Source: Gammaproteobacteria bacterium (lineage in GTDB: Bacteria; Pseudomonadota; Gammaproteobacteria; Ga0077536). From it: DNA of 64,000 nt. The notes under the pieces were generated by a model. The model saw only the letters and a program-made list of their open reading frames with translations, did not search any database and was not told the origin of the DNA. Shown piece by piece: positions 19,660 to 30,215 of this stretch. The number at the start of each line of letters is the position of its first letter. The first letter of the stretch is position 1. The position numbers and the translations under genes are program-made. The stretch is taken from positions 608,001 through 672,000 of the forward strand of contig CAXXLL010000002.1 in NCBI GenBank assembly GCA_963662545.2, written 5' to 3'.

Positions 19660-20541
19660 ATGACCCAGTCTAACAATTCCATCAGCCCGTTGCGTCAACG
19701 CATGATTGATGACATGACCTTGCGTCAGCTCCAGGAGAAAACGCAGAGCGGCTATCTGCGCTCGGTGAAGCGCTTGACGAAGTTTCTGGGTCGTTCACCC
19801 GATTCGGCGTCAGCCGAAGACCTGCGCGCGTTTCAAAAACATCTGGTGGACCAGGGGGTATCGAGCGCGACCATCAATGCGACGATCCGCGGACTGCGGT
19901 TCTTCTTCGAGACCACCCTGGAGCGCCCGCAGGTACTGAAACGGATGAGTCCGGTGCGTGTGCCGGAGCGCTTGCCGGTGGTCTTGAGCGTGGCAGACAT
20001 CACCCGCTTATTGAACGCTGCCCCCGATCTGAAGTCGATGGCGGCGCTGTCGGTGGCCGATGGTGCCGGGTTACGCGCCAGCGAAGTCTGCCACTTGAAG
20101 ATCACCGACATCGACAGCGAACGGATGCTTATCCGAGTGCAACTCGGCAAAGGTGCTCGAGATCGACAAGCGATGCTCTCGCCGGCCTTGTTGCAACTAC
20201 TGCGCGCCTGGTGGCGCGAGGGTCATCGCCGCGGCAAGATGCTCCCCAATGGCTGGCTGTTCCCCGGCGTTGACCCGGTCGACCCCCTCTCGACACGCCA
20301 ACTCAATCGAATGTGTCATTTCGCTGCGGCGACGGCCGCGCTGGAGAAACGGCTCTCCATGCACACCTTACGCCACAGCTTCGCGACACATTTGCTCGAG
20401 CAGCGGGTCGATATCCGGGTCATCCAAGTCTTACTCGGCCATAAGAAGCTGACCACCACCGCACGCTACGCCCATGTCGCGACCCAGACCTTGAGTCAAG
20501 TACAAAGTCCTCTGGACCGGTTGAAGTTACCCAAGCCGTAG
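19660..20541 (+). CDS. tyrosine recombinase (XerD-like, N-terminal SAM-like domain; no IntI-specific insertion)
   Basis: 293 aa; GLRASE (R), GKGARDR (K), HTLRH, LLGH and TTARY catalytic residues. Confidence 0.92.
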   Translation: MTQSNNSISPLRQRMIDDMTLRQLQEKTQSGYLRSVKRLTKFLGRSPDSASAEDLRAFQKHLVDQGVSSATINATIRGLRFFFETTLERPQVLKRMSPVRVPERLPVVLSVADITRLLNAAPDLKSMAALSVADGAGLRASEVCHLKITDIDSERMLIRVQLGKGARDRQAMLSPALLQLLRAWWREGHRRGKMLPNGWLFPGVDPVDPLSTRQLNRMCHFAAATAALEKRLSMHTLRHSFATHLLEQRVDIRVIQVLLGHKKLTTTARYAHVATQTLSQVQSPLDRLKLPKP

Positions 20542-20542
20542 C

Positions 20543-21521
20543 GTGGCGCGGCCACCGCTAGAGGTGGCAGACATTTTCAGACGCGACGGCCAGACCTGGC
20601 GTCAGGCGCACGCCGGACATATCAGCCTGGCTCAACTCAAGGTCGCGTATTACCACGTCGTGTTCACCTTACCGGCACTGATCGCCGATCTCGCTTACCA
20701 GAATAAGGCCGTGGTCTATGATTTGCTGTTCAAGGTCTCTGCGGAAACACTCGCCACCATCGCCGCCGATCGCAAACACCTGGGTGCCCAGATCGGAATG
20801 ACCTCGGTGTTGCATACCTGGGGCTCGGCACTCACCCATCATCCGCAGGTCCACTGCATCGTCCCCGGGGGCGGACTCGATGGCGAGACCTGGGTGCCGT
20901 GTAAACGCGGGTTTTTCCTGCCGGTACGGGTGTTGTCGCGACTGTTCCGGCGTCTGTTCCTACAACGGCTCCACCAGGCACACCGTGACGGGCAGCTACG
21001 TTTCTTCGGTGACCTGGTGCATCTCGCCAACCCGACATCGTTCAACCGATACCTGGCGCCACTGGCGTAAACGGAGTGGTTCGTCTACGTCAAACAACCC
21101 TTTGCCGGGCCCCCAAGCGGTGCTCGCTTACCTGTCGCGCTACACCCACCGGGTTGCCATCTCCAATCATCGGCTCATCGCCCATGATGAACGCGGCGTC
21201 ACCTTCCAATGGAAGGACTATCGCACCAAACATTGTGTCCGATACAAACCCATGACGCTCGTCACCGATGAGTTCATCCGCCGCTTCTTGACCCACGTCT
21301 TACCCAAGGGGTTCCATCGCATCCGTCATTACGGCTTGTTCGCTAATCCCGTGCGACGCGATAACTTGACCCGCTTACGTCGAGCACTCGACACCCACGA
21401 CGAGCCCGACGTCGAAACAGAAACGATGACGGCGTCTTCACCGGCGTTCGTCTGTCGAATCTGTGGGGCGCCCTTGCAGATTGTCGAGATCCTCACCCCG
21501 AACATGAGAGCACCACCATGA
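20543..21521 (+). pseudogene. IS91-family transposase with an in-frame deletion, a TAA stop and a frameshift
   Basis: Compared with E1: Zn-finger region missing at 20644; CAA changed to TAA at 21068; +1 near 21110. Confidence 0.88.
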
Positions 21522-22131
21522 CGCCGGCTCCTACGACAAGCATGACCGGCAGCACGCAACAGCGTCGGCGAGCGCCTATTGCCTCAACTGTGTCAAACAC
21601 TCGAGCCGCCCCTTCAAAAGCCAACGACTACGCTAGAAAACGGCGCTCCCACCCATCGATGACGCCAGCATCCGACTCGAAAACGCCGCACACAACGACT
21701 TCTACGACCCGCTGCCCCCAACAATCCCCATAGCCACGCCCCCGCGGTTTCCTCCCCTGGGCGTTATCGAACACCCGCCTCACTGCCGTCACAGACCCTC
21801 ACCCTCGTGCCGTTGCGGGTGTCCAATAACCCTAACCAGGAGCGGTCTTGGTATTTGTCGTAAGGCCATGCAGCGTGAAGGCTTCGTGTTCCGGGCGGGG
21901 TCCCATGGCGATGCAGTCGTTGACGGAGCTGTCGAGGACCTGTGCGAGGCCATCGTCGTCGTGCGGTTCGAGGGCGAGATAGGTAGTATCCAGAGCGCGA
22001 ACCAACAGACCTGCACGTTCGAGGTGCTACCCCACCCGTTCGCTCAGGGTAAGCACGCGAAAAAGAACTCCACGAACTCGCGCACGCAATTCTCTGAGCG
22101 AAAAAGTGGTTTGCCTCTGGAATCAGACGTT

Positions 22132-22914
22132 CTAATAAGTCATCAGCACCTTTCCATAAGGTAAGTCGAAGCTCGAAGAACCGCCCGAGTAAAACGCATC
22201 CACCATTCTCACGACCGGCAGCTTATGCCAGGGATCGATCGCCGATTGCGCGTCGAACGTCAGCGAGCCGGTGCCCCGGATCTGATTCTTCCACCAATCA
22301 TCACCGACTTCGAAGTTGTTCGTCGCGGGATTAAAGTGGTCGATGAGTTCGATCAACGGATCGCCCCCCGCCGGATCAGGAATGATGCGGACGCAGACGA
22401 GCGGCCGCGCGAACGGTTCGGCCTCTTCCCGGGACATGACCCGCTCCGGCCTGACCATGGCGGTGCAGATCCGAATCCCTGCCGGTCGTTCGACGATGCC
22501 GACCATGCCTTCGGGATGTTTCTCGATGGCGACATGAGCCAGCTTTTTCGGCACGCCCCAGATCTCGCGGCCGACAGTCACTGCCGCATCGGACGTCAAC
22601 AAATTCCAGACCACGTATTCGACGGGAGTACCTTCGAACGAAGCACGCAGGCCAACGAAAGCCTCATGGTAGGCGCCCAAAGTGCAGGTGGGAATGTTGA
22701 GGAACACAACCGACACCGTGGCCGGCAGCTCCAGTTCCAGACAATCGGGCAGGATGTCGAACGCGGCTTCCTGATCGGTCTCATACATAAAGACCAAGCG
22801 TTCGACATTGCGGTAGTAATACGGTGGCTCCGGATAGATCGGCGAATCCAACGGCATTGTGTTCGCCATACGGGCTTTGGTCATCCGACCCTTCGTGCGT
22901 GTTGCTGTGTCCAT
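22132..22914 (-). CDS. acetoacetate decarboxylase family protein
   Basis: MPLDSPIYPEPPYYY, YETD, GAYHE and GREIWGVPKK (catalytic Lys motif). Confidence 0.85.
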   Translation of the reverse strand: MDTATRTKGRMTKARMANTMPLDSPIYPEPPYYYRNVERLVFMYETDQEAAFDILPDCLELELPATVSVVFLNIPTCTLGAYHEAFVGLRASFEGTPVEYVVWNLLTSDAAVTVGREIWGVPKKLAHVAIEKHPEGMVGIVERPAGIRICTAMVRPERVMSREEAEPFARPLVCVRIIPDPAGGDPLIELIDHFNPATNNFEVGDDWWKNQIRGTGSLTFDAQSAIDPWHKLPVVRMVDAFYSGGSSSFDLPYGKVLMTY

Positions 22915-23404
22915 GGTTACCCCTTTTGGTTTAGTTTTTGGTTCCCACACCGGAGTGCAGCGTTGGGTACTCTTGAAGCGTAGATGAGCTAAGCGCTGGG
23001 ATCTACAGTGTAGTGCCTCGGGCCTATTGTTCCGCCGATGCGACGAACGATAATGCAAATCCGTATATGAATCTCAGGACGACAACTGGAACGCGCATTT
23101 AAGGCACATGCAGGGTCCCTACCCCGCAGGTTCTGGCAGCAAGAAGCGTTTGGATCAGAACGCGAGTATAGAAGACGAATAACCCGCCTTATTGCGAGGT
23201 AGCATCCGTTCGCGGTAGGTGAGAATGACCGTCTGTGAAGCGTCCCGCGGTGTCGTTTCGCCGGCAATAAGCGCTGATCACGACGGGCGTTGCGGGTCTT
23301 ATCCTAGCTGAGGCCGAGCGTAGTCGCGGTCTTCGCTGGCGAGGCCTGGCATCCGTGCTTGGACCGGTATTGCAGTTCCGTCTCTCTGCATTACGAATCA
23401 GTGA

Positions 23405-23550
23405 CGACGACCGCTTGGGGTCGGCAGCTGCCGAATCGCCGCAGTGCAACACCTGTAAGCATTACGTCTGCAGTCCCCTCGTAAGCGGTCGTGCAGTAGC
23501 GTTCAGTGGTGCGACTGTGGAGGGCGGCGGCTTACAGCTAGAAGCGGACG
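23405..23550 (+). repeat. tripartite repeat, copy R4 (uninterrupted)
   Basis: GACCGCTTGGGGTCGGCAGCTGCC / ACGTCTGCAGTCCCCTCGTAAGCGGTC / GGCGGCTTACAGCTAGAAGCGGAC. Confidence 0.85.
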
Positions 23551-23802
23551 GCAAATTACGGGACCGGCATGGACCATGACGAGGAGATCTGAAGATAAAT
23601 CAGCGAATTTCCGTCGCCACAATCGGTGGCTGTTCCGTAATTCCTTCTGCGCGGGGCGGGCGCACGGAGCTGCGGTCGAAAACCGAATTGGATACACTGA
23701 TATCGCAAAGGCATGCCCGATTTGTGACTATGGACAAGATATCGAACCACTTACAACCCGCCGGACGCGACCCGCCCGGATCGGGTCCCGAGGAAACAAG
23801 CT

Positions 23803-24687
23803 ATGGATCTCTCTGCTAATAACTGCCTCGTTGACACCGACTGGCTCGCCCGTCACCTCGATTCGCCAGATTTACGCATTATCGAATGCACCTCGTTGCT
23901 GCCGAATTATTTCGAAGAATCGGCTGCCGACGGGCTGATCAAGGAAAGCGGCCTGACCCTGTGGCAGGAAGGGCATGTTCCGGGCAGCGCATTCGCCGAT
24001 ATCCTCGGCGAACTCTCCGACGAAACCAGCGATCGCTTGATGTATGGCATACCCTCCACCACACAATTCAGCGAAGCGATGTCGAACTTAGGCGTTGACG
24101 CGAGCACCGGGGTCGTACTCTACGACCGCCAGCTCAACATGTGGGCGGCACGGGTGTGGTGGCTGCTACGCGCCTTCGGATTTGAAAACGCTGTCGTGCT
24201 CAACGGTGGCTGGACAAAATGGGTGGCCGAAGACCGCCCAGTCTCAACCGCGCCGCCGTCTTATCCGCGATCCGAGTTTGTCGCCAGGCCGCAGCCGCAG
24301 CTGATCGCGAAACGCGACGAGGTGCACGCTGCCATTGACCGGGACGCGTCGTGTCTCGTCAACGCCCTGCAGGCCGATGAATTCGAGGGCAAGCCGCCGC
24401 ACCGCTACGCCCGTCCGGGCCGTATCGCCGGGAGCGTCAACGTACCGTTCTCCACAACCTGCGATCCGGAAACTCAACTATACGGAACAGACGACGAACT
24501 CCGCGCGACCTTCGACAGTGCCGGCGCAATGAGCAGCGCCGAGACCATCTGCTACTGCGGCGGCGGTATCGCGGCCTGCAGCACCGCCCTATTGCTGACG
24601 CGTCTCGGCGTTGAAGGCGTCTCGGTCTATGACGGCTCCATGACCGAATGGGCCAGTGATCCATCGTTGCCCATGGAAACCGGTTAG
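23803..24687 (+). CDS. two-domain rhodanese / sulfurtransferase (SseA-like)
   Basis: LVDTDWL, GHVPGS, AARVWW, YCGGGIAA and YDGSMTEW motifs. Confidence 0.92.
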   Translation: MDLSANNCLVDTDWLARHLDSPDLRIIECTSLLPNYFEESAADGLIKESGLTLWQEGHVPGSAFADILGELSDETSDRLMYGIPSTTQFSEAMSNLGVDASTGVVLYDRQLNMWAARVWWLLRAFGFENAVVLNGGWTKWVAEDRPVSTAPPSYPRSEFVARPQPQLIAKRDEVHAAIDRDASCLVNALQADEFEGKPPHRYARPGRIAGSVNVPFSTTCDPETQLYGTDDELRATFDSAGAMSSAETICYCGGGIAACSTALLLTRLGVEGVSVYDGSMTEWASDPSLPMETG

Positions 24688-24899
24688 ACGCGCGCCTGCT
24701 ACTGCAACTCGAAACTCTCGTAGTTGTTAGCGCAGGGGCGAAGGTGCGGGTGCCAGCTCTACATAATGGACATGCCAGGGTTGGCCGACGATGATGAAGA
24801 TCCGGGCGAGGGGCATTAAGAATTGCTGTTTTCATCCAGTATTTTCTGAAATACCTTCCTAATTTCGCTCGCGAGTTCGTTCTTGTCGGCACACCAAAC

Positions 24900-25148
24900 A
24901 AGTCTGCTACGGGTCCAGACTGTGTGAAAACTCAAAAATACGACGACGAAATAAAAATATTCCCCACCAGCATAGTTGTTATGCCCCTCGAATAGGGATC
25001 GGCATTTCAATTAGATCCAATTTCGAGGGTAGTTCCCCCACTTTTGAAAAATGAAAATAGTTTTCACACAGTCTGGGTCGTGAGCGGTCTGATCGCGGCA
25101 GCGCAGGACTGTTCTGGGTCATGTCCGGAATACCCTCAGAAGCGGTCA
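24900..25148 (+). repeat. repeat copy R5 (first two palindromes; MITE in the first)
   Basis: AAGTCTGCTACGGGTC[MITE]GGTCGTGAGCGGTC / ATGTCCGGAATACCCTCAGAAGCGGTC. Confidence 0.82.
24916..25075. mobile_element. 160-bp IS1182-type MITE
   Basis: Same IRs as 15257-15416; TSD GGTC. Confidence 0.88.
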
Positions 25149-25289
25149 GTACTTCCTGTACATAACAAGATGAAACAGGCTGACCAGGACAAATACAACA
25201 ACGGCTATGATGGTAAAAGGTTTCATCCTTCCCCTGTTATCTCATAACGTGGTCAATACTAAATTACTCCGGCCTTTTTTTATTTTGAG

Positions 25290-25823
25290 TTAGGCTGGCT
25301 GTGCGCCCCCCCCTAGAAAGGTAAACAAGAGCACGAGCATAATAGTCTGAACGACCCAGCCGATTACGCACACCCCCACCGCACGCCATGTGCTTTCATA
25401 ATCAAGCGCTTGTCTCACCGCAATCACCATAGCCATCAACATCCAAATTGAAGCCACAAGAAAAACGATCTCTGTCAGCCCCGGGATGATTCCTAATACT
25501 CGAATTAACCCTGGGGAACTTGAAAAACCAATCGTGCGCAATAACTCACCATGATCTGCTTTGGTTTGTGGTTCTGGAAGTAGCCTTGTGCCAATAAAGT
25601 AAGTTAGGTAGGCCCAGATATACCATCCGACAATTGCTACGATCATCCCGATCAACATCCCTCCAAGGCCACCTTGCCCAAAACGTCCAATTCCGGCTGC
25701 GACGCTTGAAAGAGCGACAACTAACATGGCCTGACCCAGTGCCCCTTGATCGGCCTCAACCTCTTCATAAAGGTCGACATCAAGTTTCGCAGCACGAATC
25801 ATACGGTCCTTTAGACGAGTCAT
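25290..25823 (-). CDS. YIP1-family membrane protein
   Basis: 177 aa with about 5 TM segments; LYEEVEAD, RTIGFSSSPG and IAVRQALDY motifs; lower GC. Confidence 0.8.
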   Translation of the reverse strand: MTRLKDRMIRAAKLDVDLYEEVEADQGALGQAMLVVALSSVAAGIGRFGQGGLGGMLIGMIVAIVGWYIWAYLTYFIGTRLLPEPQTKADHGELLRTIGFSSSPGLIRVLGIIPGLTEIVFLVASIWMLMAMVIAVRQALDYESTWRAVGVCVIGWVVQTIMLVLLFTFLGGGAQPA

Positions 25824-25982
25824 TTTCTCCCTCCTACAATTCTATTGGCTCTCGATCATTATGGTATTGATGTAATTGTAAGGTGTTTAAATCCGCAACC
25901 AAGTAAAATCACAATTGAAACTTTGATGGCCGAAATTGGAAACAACACGCTCACAAGGTAGTGCATTTGAGTAAAGAGGCAA

Positions 25983-26066
25983 AATAACTGGGGGTCGTCA
26001 GCGGCCTGATCGCGGCAGCGCAGCACTAGTCTAGATTACGTCTGCAATACCCTCGTAAGCGGTCGT
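25983..26066 (+). repeat. repeat copy R6 (third palindrome degenerate)
   Basis: GGGGTCGTCAGCGGCC / ACGTCTGCAATACCCTCGTAAGCGGTC. Confidence 0.82.
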
Positions 26067-26233
26067 CCAACGACAATTAGTGGAGCGTTAACGAAGCACT
26101 CCGGTAAACCCATGCACTGGCGGTTTCGAAACTGGCCGTGCCCGCTCGGTTCTATCGTCGTCAAGCGCGGTCGCGAATGAGCCAGGGAGTGGCTAAGATC
26201 GGTGTCCGTCTATTCAGAGCCAAGGGAGGTCCC

Positions 26234-26638
26234 ATGAACAAGAAACATGTGCCCGACACGATCGCGCCGCCGATCGCCGCCTATAGCCATGGCATCGAGA
26301 TACCGCCGAACTCGCGAGTCCTGCACACCGCGGGGCAGGTAGGCATATTGCCCGACGGCACAACACCTGAGGGAATCGAGGCGCAGACTGATGCCGCCTG
26401 CGACCAATCTCATAGCCATTCTGGAGTCAGCCGGTATGGGGATCGATGATGTCGTCAAGGTCGTGACCTATGTGACGAGCGAGGAGGATGTCGTCTTCTG
26501 TGACGAGCCGACTTGATGGCGCAGACACGCGCCAAATTCTGGGGTGATGCACGGCCCGCTTCGACGGGCATTATCGTCAAGGCGCTGGCCAAACCGGAAT
26601 GGGTGGTTGAGGTCGAGCTCGTCGCCGCCAAAGCCTGA
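26234..26638 (+). pseudogene. RidA/YjgF family protein, frameshifted
   Basis: IAPPIAAYSHG...AGQVG; other frames continue NLIAILESAGMGIDDVVKV and RPASTGIIVKALAKPEWVVEVELVA. Confidence 0.8.
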
Positions 26639-26797
26639 ACTCGAACCCACGTTACGCGCTGTGGGACGAGCGCCCTCCCGCCCTACGGGATAGGTGTCAG
26701 GTTTTGCCTTTTGTCCCCCGTCAGCAATCATGAGACAAGTTGCAGGGTTTAGATAATGGAGTGATTCTGCCTCATCGAGGCTCGAAAGGAGAGCAAG

Positions 26798-27148
26798 ATG
26801 AGCAAGAGAAGCACGCGTCACGAGACGGCAGAGCAACACGTCAAGAGCATCCGCCGGGCGACGCGCAAGCAGTATTCAGCGGAGGAGAAGATCCGGGTAG
26901 TTCTGGAAGGTCTTCGCGGCGAGCAGTCGATAGCTGAGCTGTGCCGCCGTGAGGGGATAGCGCAGAGCCTGTAGTACAGTTGGTCGAAGGAGTTTTTGGA
27001 AGCGGGTAAGAAACGGTTGTCCGGGGATACGGCCCGTGAAGCGACCTCTGATGAGGTCAGGAGCCTGCGCCGGGAGACGCGCGATTTGAAAGAGGCGTTG
27101 GCCGAGACGCTGCTGGAGAACCGCCTGCTTAAAAAAAACATGGCTTAA
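26798..27148 (+). pseudogene. transposase orfA (HTH) with an in-frame TAG at 26972
   Basis: RRATRKQYSAEEKIRVVLEGLRGEQSIAELCRREGIAQSL*YSWSKEF. Confidence 0.8.
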
Positions 27149-27954
27149 GGGATGGGGGCGACCGAGGATGAGGCTTCCCGTATCAGAGAAGCTTGAGATC
27201 ATCCGTTTGGTTGAGCGGTCGCATCTGTCGGTTGGGCGGACGCTGGCGACGTTGGGTATATCAAGACCGACGTTCTATCGTTGGGTGGCACGGTATCAGC
27301 GGCTCGGGGAGTCGGGTCTCGAAGACCGGCGCTGGGGCCCGCACCGGGTGTGGAACCGTATCCCTGAGACGGTTGGCCAGCAGGTGATTGAGCTGGCTCT
27401 GGATCAGCCTGAGTTGAGTTCACGCGAGTTGGCGGTGACGTTCACCGACGCGCGCGGCTATTTCATCTCGGAAGCCAGTGTTTACCGGCTGTTAAAGGCC
27501 CAAGACCTGATTGAGACACCGGCCTTCCGGGTGATGGCGGCGGCCGATGAGTTCAAGGATAAGACCACCGCCCCGAACCAGCTGTGGCAGACCGACTTTA
27601 CCTATCTGAAGGTCATCGGCTGGGGCTGGTTCTACCGGTCGACCATCCTCGATGACTTCTCGCGTTATGTCATCGCCTGGAAACTGTGCACGACGATGAA
27701 AGCCAGTGACGTCACCGCGACGCTTGAGCAGGCGCTCGCCGCCGCGGGACTCGATTCAGCCACTGTCAAACATCGACCGCGGCTACTCTCGGACAACGGC
27801 TCGAGTTACATCGCGGGGGAACTGGCAGACTGGCTTGACGACCACGGCATGGGCCTCGTCCGCGGTGTGTAACCGGTCAATCCAGGCCGTTATTCACGGT
27901 CTCGGGCAGATGGTTTAGTTTGCCAGGTTTCCCAGTCAATCGGGAGCTTGGTAA

Positions 27955-28245
27955 ATGAATGATCACGGAAAACCTCGGAACAAACGACGTAGTGCGGATG
28001 AGTGGCGTGGCCTATTAGCGGAGCAGGCACAAAGCGGTTCATCGATCCGCGCATTCTGTGCTGAGCGAGGAATTGGATATTCGACGTTCAGTAAAAGGAA
28101 GTCGAGGTCAGCGAGGGACGCTCAGATAGGGAAGGCGGAAACACGTTTCGTCGAGTTGGCCCCGTTACAACCATTAACCAATGCACAATGGGATATCGAG
28201 TTAGCGCTCGGTGATGACATCGTGCTACGTGTGTCACGGCACTGA
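27955..28245 (+). CDS. tnpA: IS66 accessory protein TnpA
   Basis: HTH-like SGSSIRAFCAERGI; first ORF of the IS66. Confidence 0.85.
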   Translation: MNDHGKPRNKRRSADEWRGLLAEQAQSGSSIRAFCAERGIGYSTFSKRKSRSARDAQIGKAETRFVELAPLQPLTNAQWDIELALGDDIVLRVSRH

Positions 28246-28613
28246 TGTGGTCGCCCCCATCGGGTTTGCGTATATGGTTATGTCGGGCACCGACTGATAT
28301 GCGTCAATCGTTCCATGGTTTATCGGCGTTGGTGCGGCAGGCGTTACACGAGGAGCCCCTCGATGGGGCACTGTACGTTTTCGTCAATCGCCGGCGTACG
28401 TTATTAAAAGCGCTGTACTTTGAGTCGGACGGATATTGTCTGTGGAGTAAGAAACTCGAACGCGGTCAGTTCCAGGTTCGGTGGAATAGCGAGGTCAAAC
28501 AGCGGCTGCAACGCAGCGAATGGCAGTGCATTATTGAAGGGATCGATCTACGCTCAGTGCGTCGATTAAAACGGTTTCGATTACCGGAAAACGATCGACG
28601 GTCAGCAGTGTAA
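28245..28613 (+). CDS. tnpB: IS66 accessory protein TnpB
   Basis: PTDMRQSFHGL, YVFVNRRR and KKLERGQF motifs. Confidence 0.92.
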   Translation: MWSPPSGLRIWLCRAPTDMRQSFHGLSALVRQALHEEPLDGALYVFVNRRRTLLKALYFESDGYCLWSKKLERGQFQVRWNSEVKQRLQRSEWQCIIEGIDLRSVRRLKRFRLPENDRRSAV

Positions 28614-28631
28614 ACGGTACAATACGTACCC

Positions 28632-30215
28632 ATGAATGGGGGTTATGCAACGCCGGAAATATCACTTGATGCGGCGGTGTTACAAGCGGAAAACACAGCC
28701 CTCAAAACGCAGGTCGCCACACTCACCCAACAACTCGACTGGTTCAAACGCCAACTGTTCGGTCGCAAGTCTGAACGGCGGCTGATTGATCCCAATCCCG
28801 ATCAACGGTTACTCAATGGCTTCGAGGATGAGTCGTCATCGACGGCGGCGGTTGAGAAAGAAACGATCACTTATCAGCGGCGCAAAGGAAAGCGCCGTGG
28901 CGATGATTGTGTGACTGATCAAGGGTTACGTTTCGATGACTCGGTGCCGATTGAATGCATCCAATTGTCGGTACCTGAAGATGTCGCGGATGCGTTTGAA
29001 GCGAGCAGTGAAAAGATCACCTATCGTTTAGCGCAACGGCCGGCGGCCTATGTGGTCTTGAAGTACATCCAACCGGTAGTGAAGCGCAAAAGCGACGGTC
29101 AGATCTTCACGATCCCGGCGCCCGATGGTCTGTGGTCCGGCTCATTGGCGGATGTGAGTGTGGTTGCGGGGATGCTGGTTGATAAGTTCGCTTATCACCT
29201 GCCGCTGTACCGTCAACATCAACGAATGGGGCTGAACGGCATTACCGTGGCGCGGTCGAGTCTGACGCACTGGGTGCAGAAGGCAAGTGACCTGTTGAAG
29301 CCGATTTATCTGGCGCAGTTGCGGCATATCTTGTTATCGAAGACGCTGGCGATGGATGAAACGCCGATTAAGGCGGGTCGCTCGGGCAAGGGCAAGATGA
29401 ACGCGGCGTGGTATTGGCCAATTTATGGCGAAGCGGATGAGATTGCGTTCACGTTTGCGCGAACCAAGGCGCGGTCGCACATCGACAAAACGTTGGTGGA
29501 CTTTAAAGGCACCTTACTAACCGATGGCGCCGCGGCTTATGCGCGTTTTGCCGCCGATCGCGGCGATGAAGTCGTGCATGCGCAATGCTGGGCGCACACG
29601 CGTCGTCAGTTCGAAAGGGCATTATCCGATAGGCCACAAAGTGCGGCGCAGGCACTTGATTTGATCGCGGCACTGTATGCCGTTGAGGCCACCATCCGTG
29701 ACCAGGCAATGGATGAAGCGGCGACCCAGACCTACCGCAGCCGGTACGCCTTGCCTGCGGTTGATGCATTTTTTGCCTGGCTTGACGAGCAACGCCAGTG
29801 CATGGGTTTATTACCGAGTCAGCCGTTTACGAAGGCGCTGGCCTATGCAGCCGAGCGTGAGGGCGCGTTACGTGTTTACTTATCGGATGCGAGCGTCGCG
29901 ATCGACACGAATCATTTAGAGCGCGCTCTGAGACCCATTCCGATGGGCCGAAAGAATTGGATGTTCTGTTGGACTGAGGTGGGCGCTGAACACGTTGGGA
30001 TCATACAAAGTTTGATCTGTACTTGCCGAATACACGGCATTAATCCGTACACCTACCTGGTTGATGTACTCCAGAGGATCGCGATCCATCCGGATAGCGC
30101 AGTGGAACAACTCACGCCTCGGGTGTGGAAGACATTGTTCGCTACCCAACCGCTGCGTTCTAACTTGGCCGTCGTTACCGCAACACGAGATCAATTACCA
30201 GACGCCGCCGTTTGA
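28632..30215 (+). CDS. tnpC: IS66 DDE transposase TnpC
   Basis: HLPLYRQ, MDETP, CWAHTRR and DTNHLERALR motifs. Confidence 0.93.
   Translation: MNGGYATPEISLDAAVLQAENTALKTQVATLTQQLDWFKRQLFGRKSERRLIDPNPDQRLLNGFEDESSSTAAVEKETITYQRRKGKRRGDDCVTDQGLRFDDSVPIECIQLSVPEDVADAFEASSEKITYRLAQRPAAYVVLKYIQPVVKRKSDGQIFTIPAPDGLWSGSLADVSVVAGMLVDKFAYHLPLYRQHQRMGLNGITVARSSLTHWVQKASDLLKPIYLAQLRHILLSKTLAMDETPIKAGRSGKGKMNAAWYWPIYGEADEIAFTFARTKARSHIDKTLVDFKGTLLTDGAAAYARFAADRGDEVVHAQCWAHTRRQFERALSDRPQSAAQALDLIAALYAVEATIRDQAMDEAATQTYRSRYALPAVDAFFAWLDEQRQCMGLLPSQPFTKALAYAAEREGALRVYLSDASVAIDTNHLERALRPIPMGRKNWMFCWTEVGAEHVGIIQSLICTCRIHGINPYTYLVDVLQRIAIHPDSAVEQLTPRVWKTLFATQPLRSNLAVVTATRDQLPDAAV

Larger units (their letters stand above)
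19524..21838 (+). mobile_element. element E3: full-length tyrosine recombinase + decayed IS91-type transposase
   Basis: Close relative of E1 with the same ends; in tandem with E2. Confidence 0.87.

Noticed and set aside
19660-20541. Classical integron integrase (intI) with attC array
   Set aside because: The protein lacks the IntI-specific insertion, and the dispersed repeats do not match the RYYYAAC...GTTRRRY layout.
26701-26711. Target-site duplication for the IS3/IS481-like element
   Set aside because: Left (GCCTTT) and right (GGTAAA) flanks do not match.
26972-26974. Genome-wide TAG-to-Tyr recoding (TAG at expected Tyr positions in IS256 and IS3 orfA)
   Set aside because: TAG ends normal genes at the expected C-termini (e.g. 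32040, 24687, 42378), and the non-mobile genes show no internal TAG.
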